The notes below the pieces were generated by a model, which made no database searches, was not told the DNA's origin, and saw only the letters and a list, made by a program, of their open reading frames with translations. Below are positions 63,319 through 64,000 of a DNA stretch of 64,000 bases, piece by piece (position 1 is the stretch's first letter; each line of letters opens with the position of its first letter). Both the position numbers and the translations under genes were made by a program. Source of the DNA: an uncultured delta proteobacterium. Lineage in GTDB: Bacteria > Desulfobacterota > Desulfobacteria > Desulfobacterales > QNYZ01. Location of the stretch: NCBI GenBank assembly GCA_963845145.1, contig CAWJQU010000013.1, positions 64,001 to 128,000 on the forward strand. The letters are read 5' to 3'.

Positions 63319-63452
63319 AAATGATTATTACGCTTAACTCGGTGTCCGGTTTTATTAGACCACATCAGAGTTACAATTCGGTACAGTAGCGTTCTGATCA
63401 TTCTACTTTCCATGATCTTTAGTGATAGGAGCTATGATTGCCCCAAACATTG

Positions 63453-64000
63453 TTATCGATACATTTGCCTATAAATCTTGTCGAGTTTTTCACCTTTTTT
63501 CTTCCATTTAAACTTTATCGCACGGTTTAGCCCTTCAACAGCTAGTTTGCGTCTAACATCTTCGTTTTGAATACAAAAAAGCGCTAAGGCGAATTCTTGA
63601 CGAAAAATTTTAATACTATTTGAGGAGACACGAATTCCACAGTCTGGAGTTACTGCATCCCGAAACCCACAATGATCCGGACAAACACGGGGATACCATT
63701 GGCAAGCGCTTCAACAACAACGGTGGAAGTCAAATCATATACACTGGTTACCAATAGCGCGTGCGCTGCCTGCAAAAGCACCAGTGCCTGTTGCCGTGGA
63801 ACTAGGCCATGCCAACGAATGCGATCTTGCAGACCTAACTTCTTGGCCATTGATCGCCATGCATTTTTTTCCGGCCCGTCCCCCACTACATCCAGCGTCC
63901 AGTTTTCATCCTTGAATCGTTGGCGCAATCCTTCATCCCCAATGGACACCGGTTGGATCACGGCTCGGAAAAAATGGGGTAGCGCTTTTCCGGGCAACAG
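63453..64000 (-). CDS. GT4 glycosyltransferase C-terminal part (5' end outside window), frameshifted near 63684
   Basis: GDGPE, STVVVEALANGIPV; continues CPDHCGFRDAVTPDCG..KIYRQMYR in the adjacent frame. Confidence 0.8.

Larger units (their letters stand above)
61926..63367 (-). mobile_element. IS3-family insertion sequence (1442 bp including a nested insert)
   Basis: 36-bp imperfect TIRs (26/36 matches) with TG...CA ends, 3-bp GAG target duplication (61923-25 and 63368-70), orfA/orfB. Confidence 0.95.

Overview
Chromosomal window from an anaerobic Gram-negative bacterium; gene content and order suggest Desulfobacterota (Desulfobacterales-like), which is an inference. The standout is a sigma54-driven redox/C1 operon at 3.07-13.3 kb. 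It encodes a degenerate MetF paralogue, a giant HdrL-type protein (two HdrA modules plus a GltD-like NAD(P)H module), MvhD, MetV, MetF, a receiver protein, an HdrC/HdrD-type CCG Fe-S protein and an atypical AroE. Three of these genes are split in the ORF track only because each has an in-frame TGA at a conserved Cys position followed by a SECIS-like hairpin, so they are probably selenoproteins. The operon is flanked by a divergent NtrC-type activator with twin palindromic sites and by two convergent PAS histidine kinases. The middle of the window is mostly housekeeping and accessory genes: murJ, TetR, a DAC-like cyclase, rhomboid, an HCDH/ECH fusion, ThiF/MoeB, LarE, clpB, porin, radical SAM, mutL, gatCA, argS and a histone-like protein. 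The right third is a Wzc/Wza-type exopolysaccharide cluster interrupted by an IS3-family element, which itself carries a ~172-bp foldback (MITE-like) insert. Five or six genes show frameshifts, mostly at homopolymers, suggesting assembly error rather than true decay. No rRNA, tRNA or CRISPR array was recognised.
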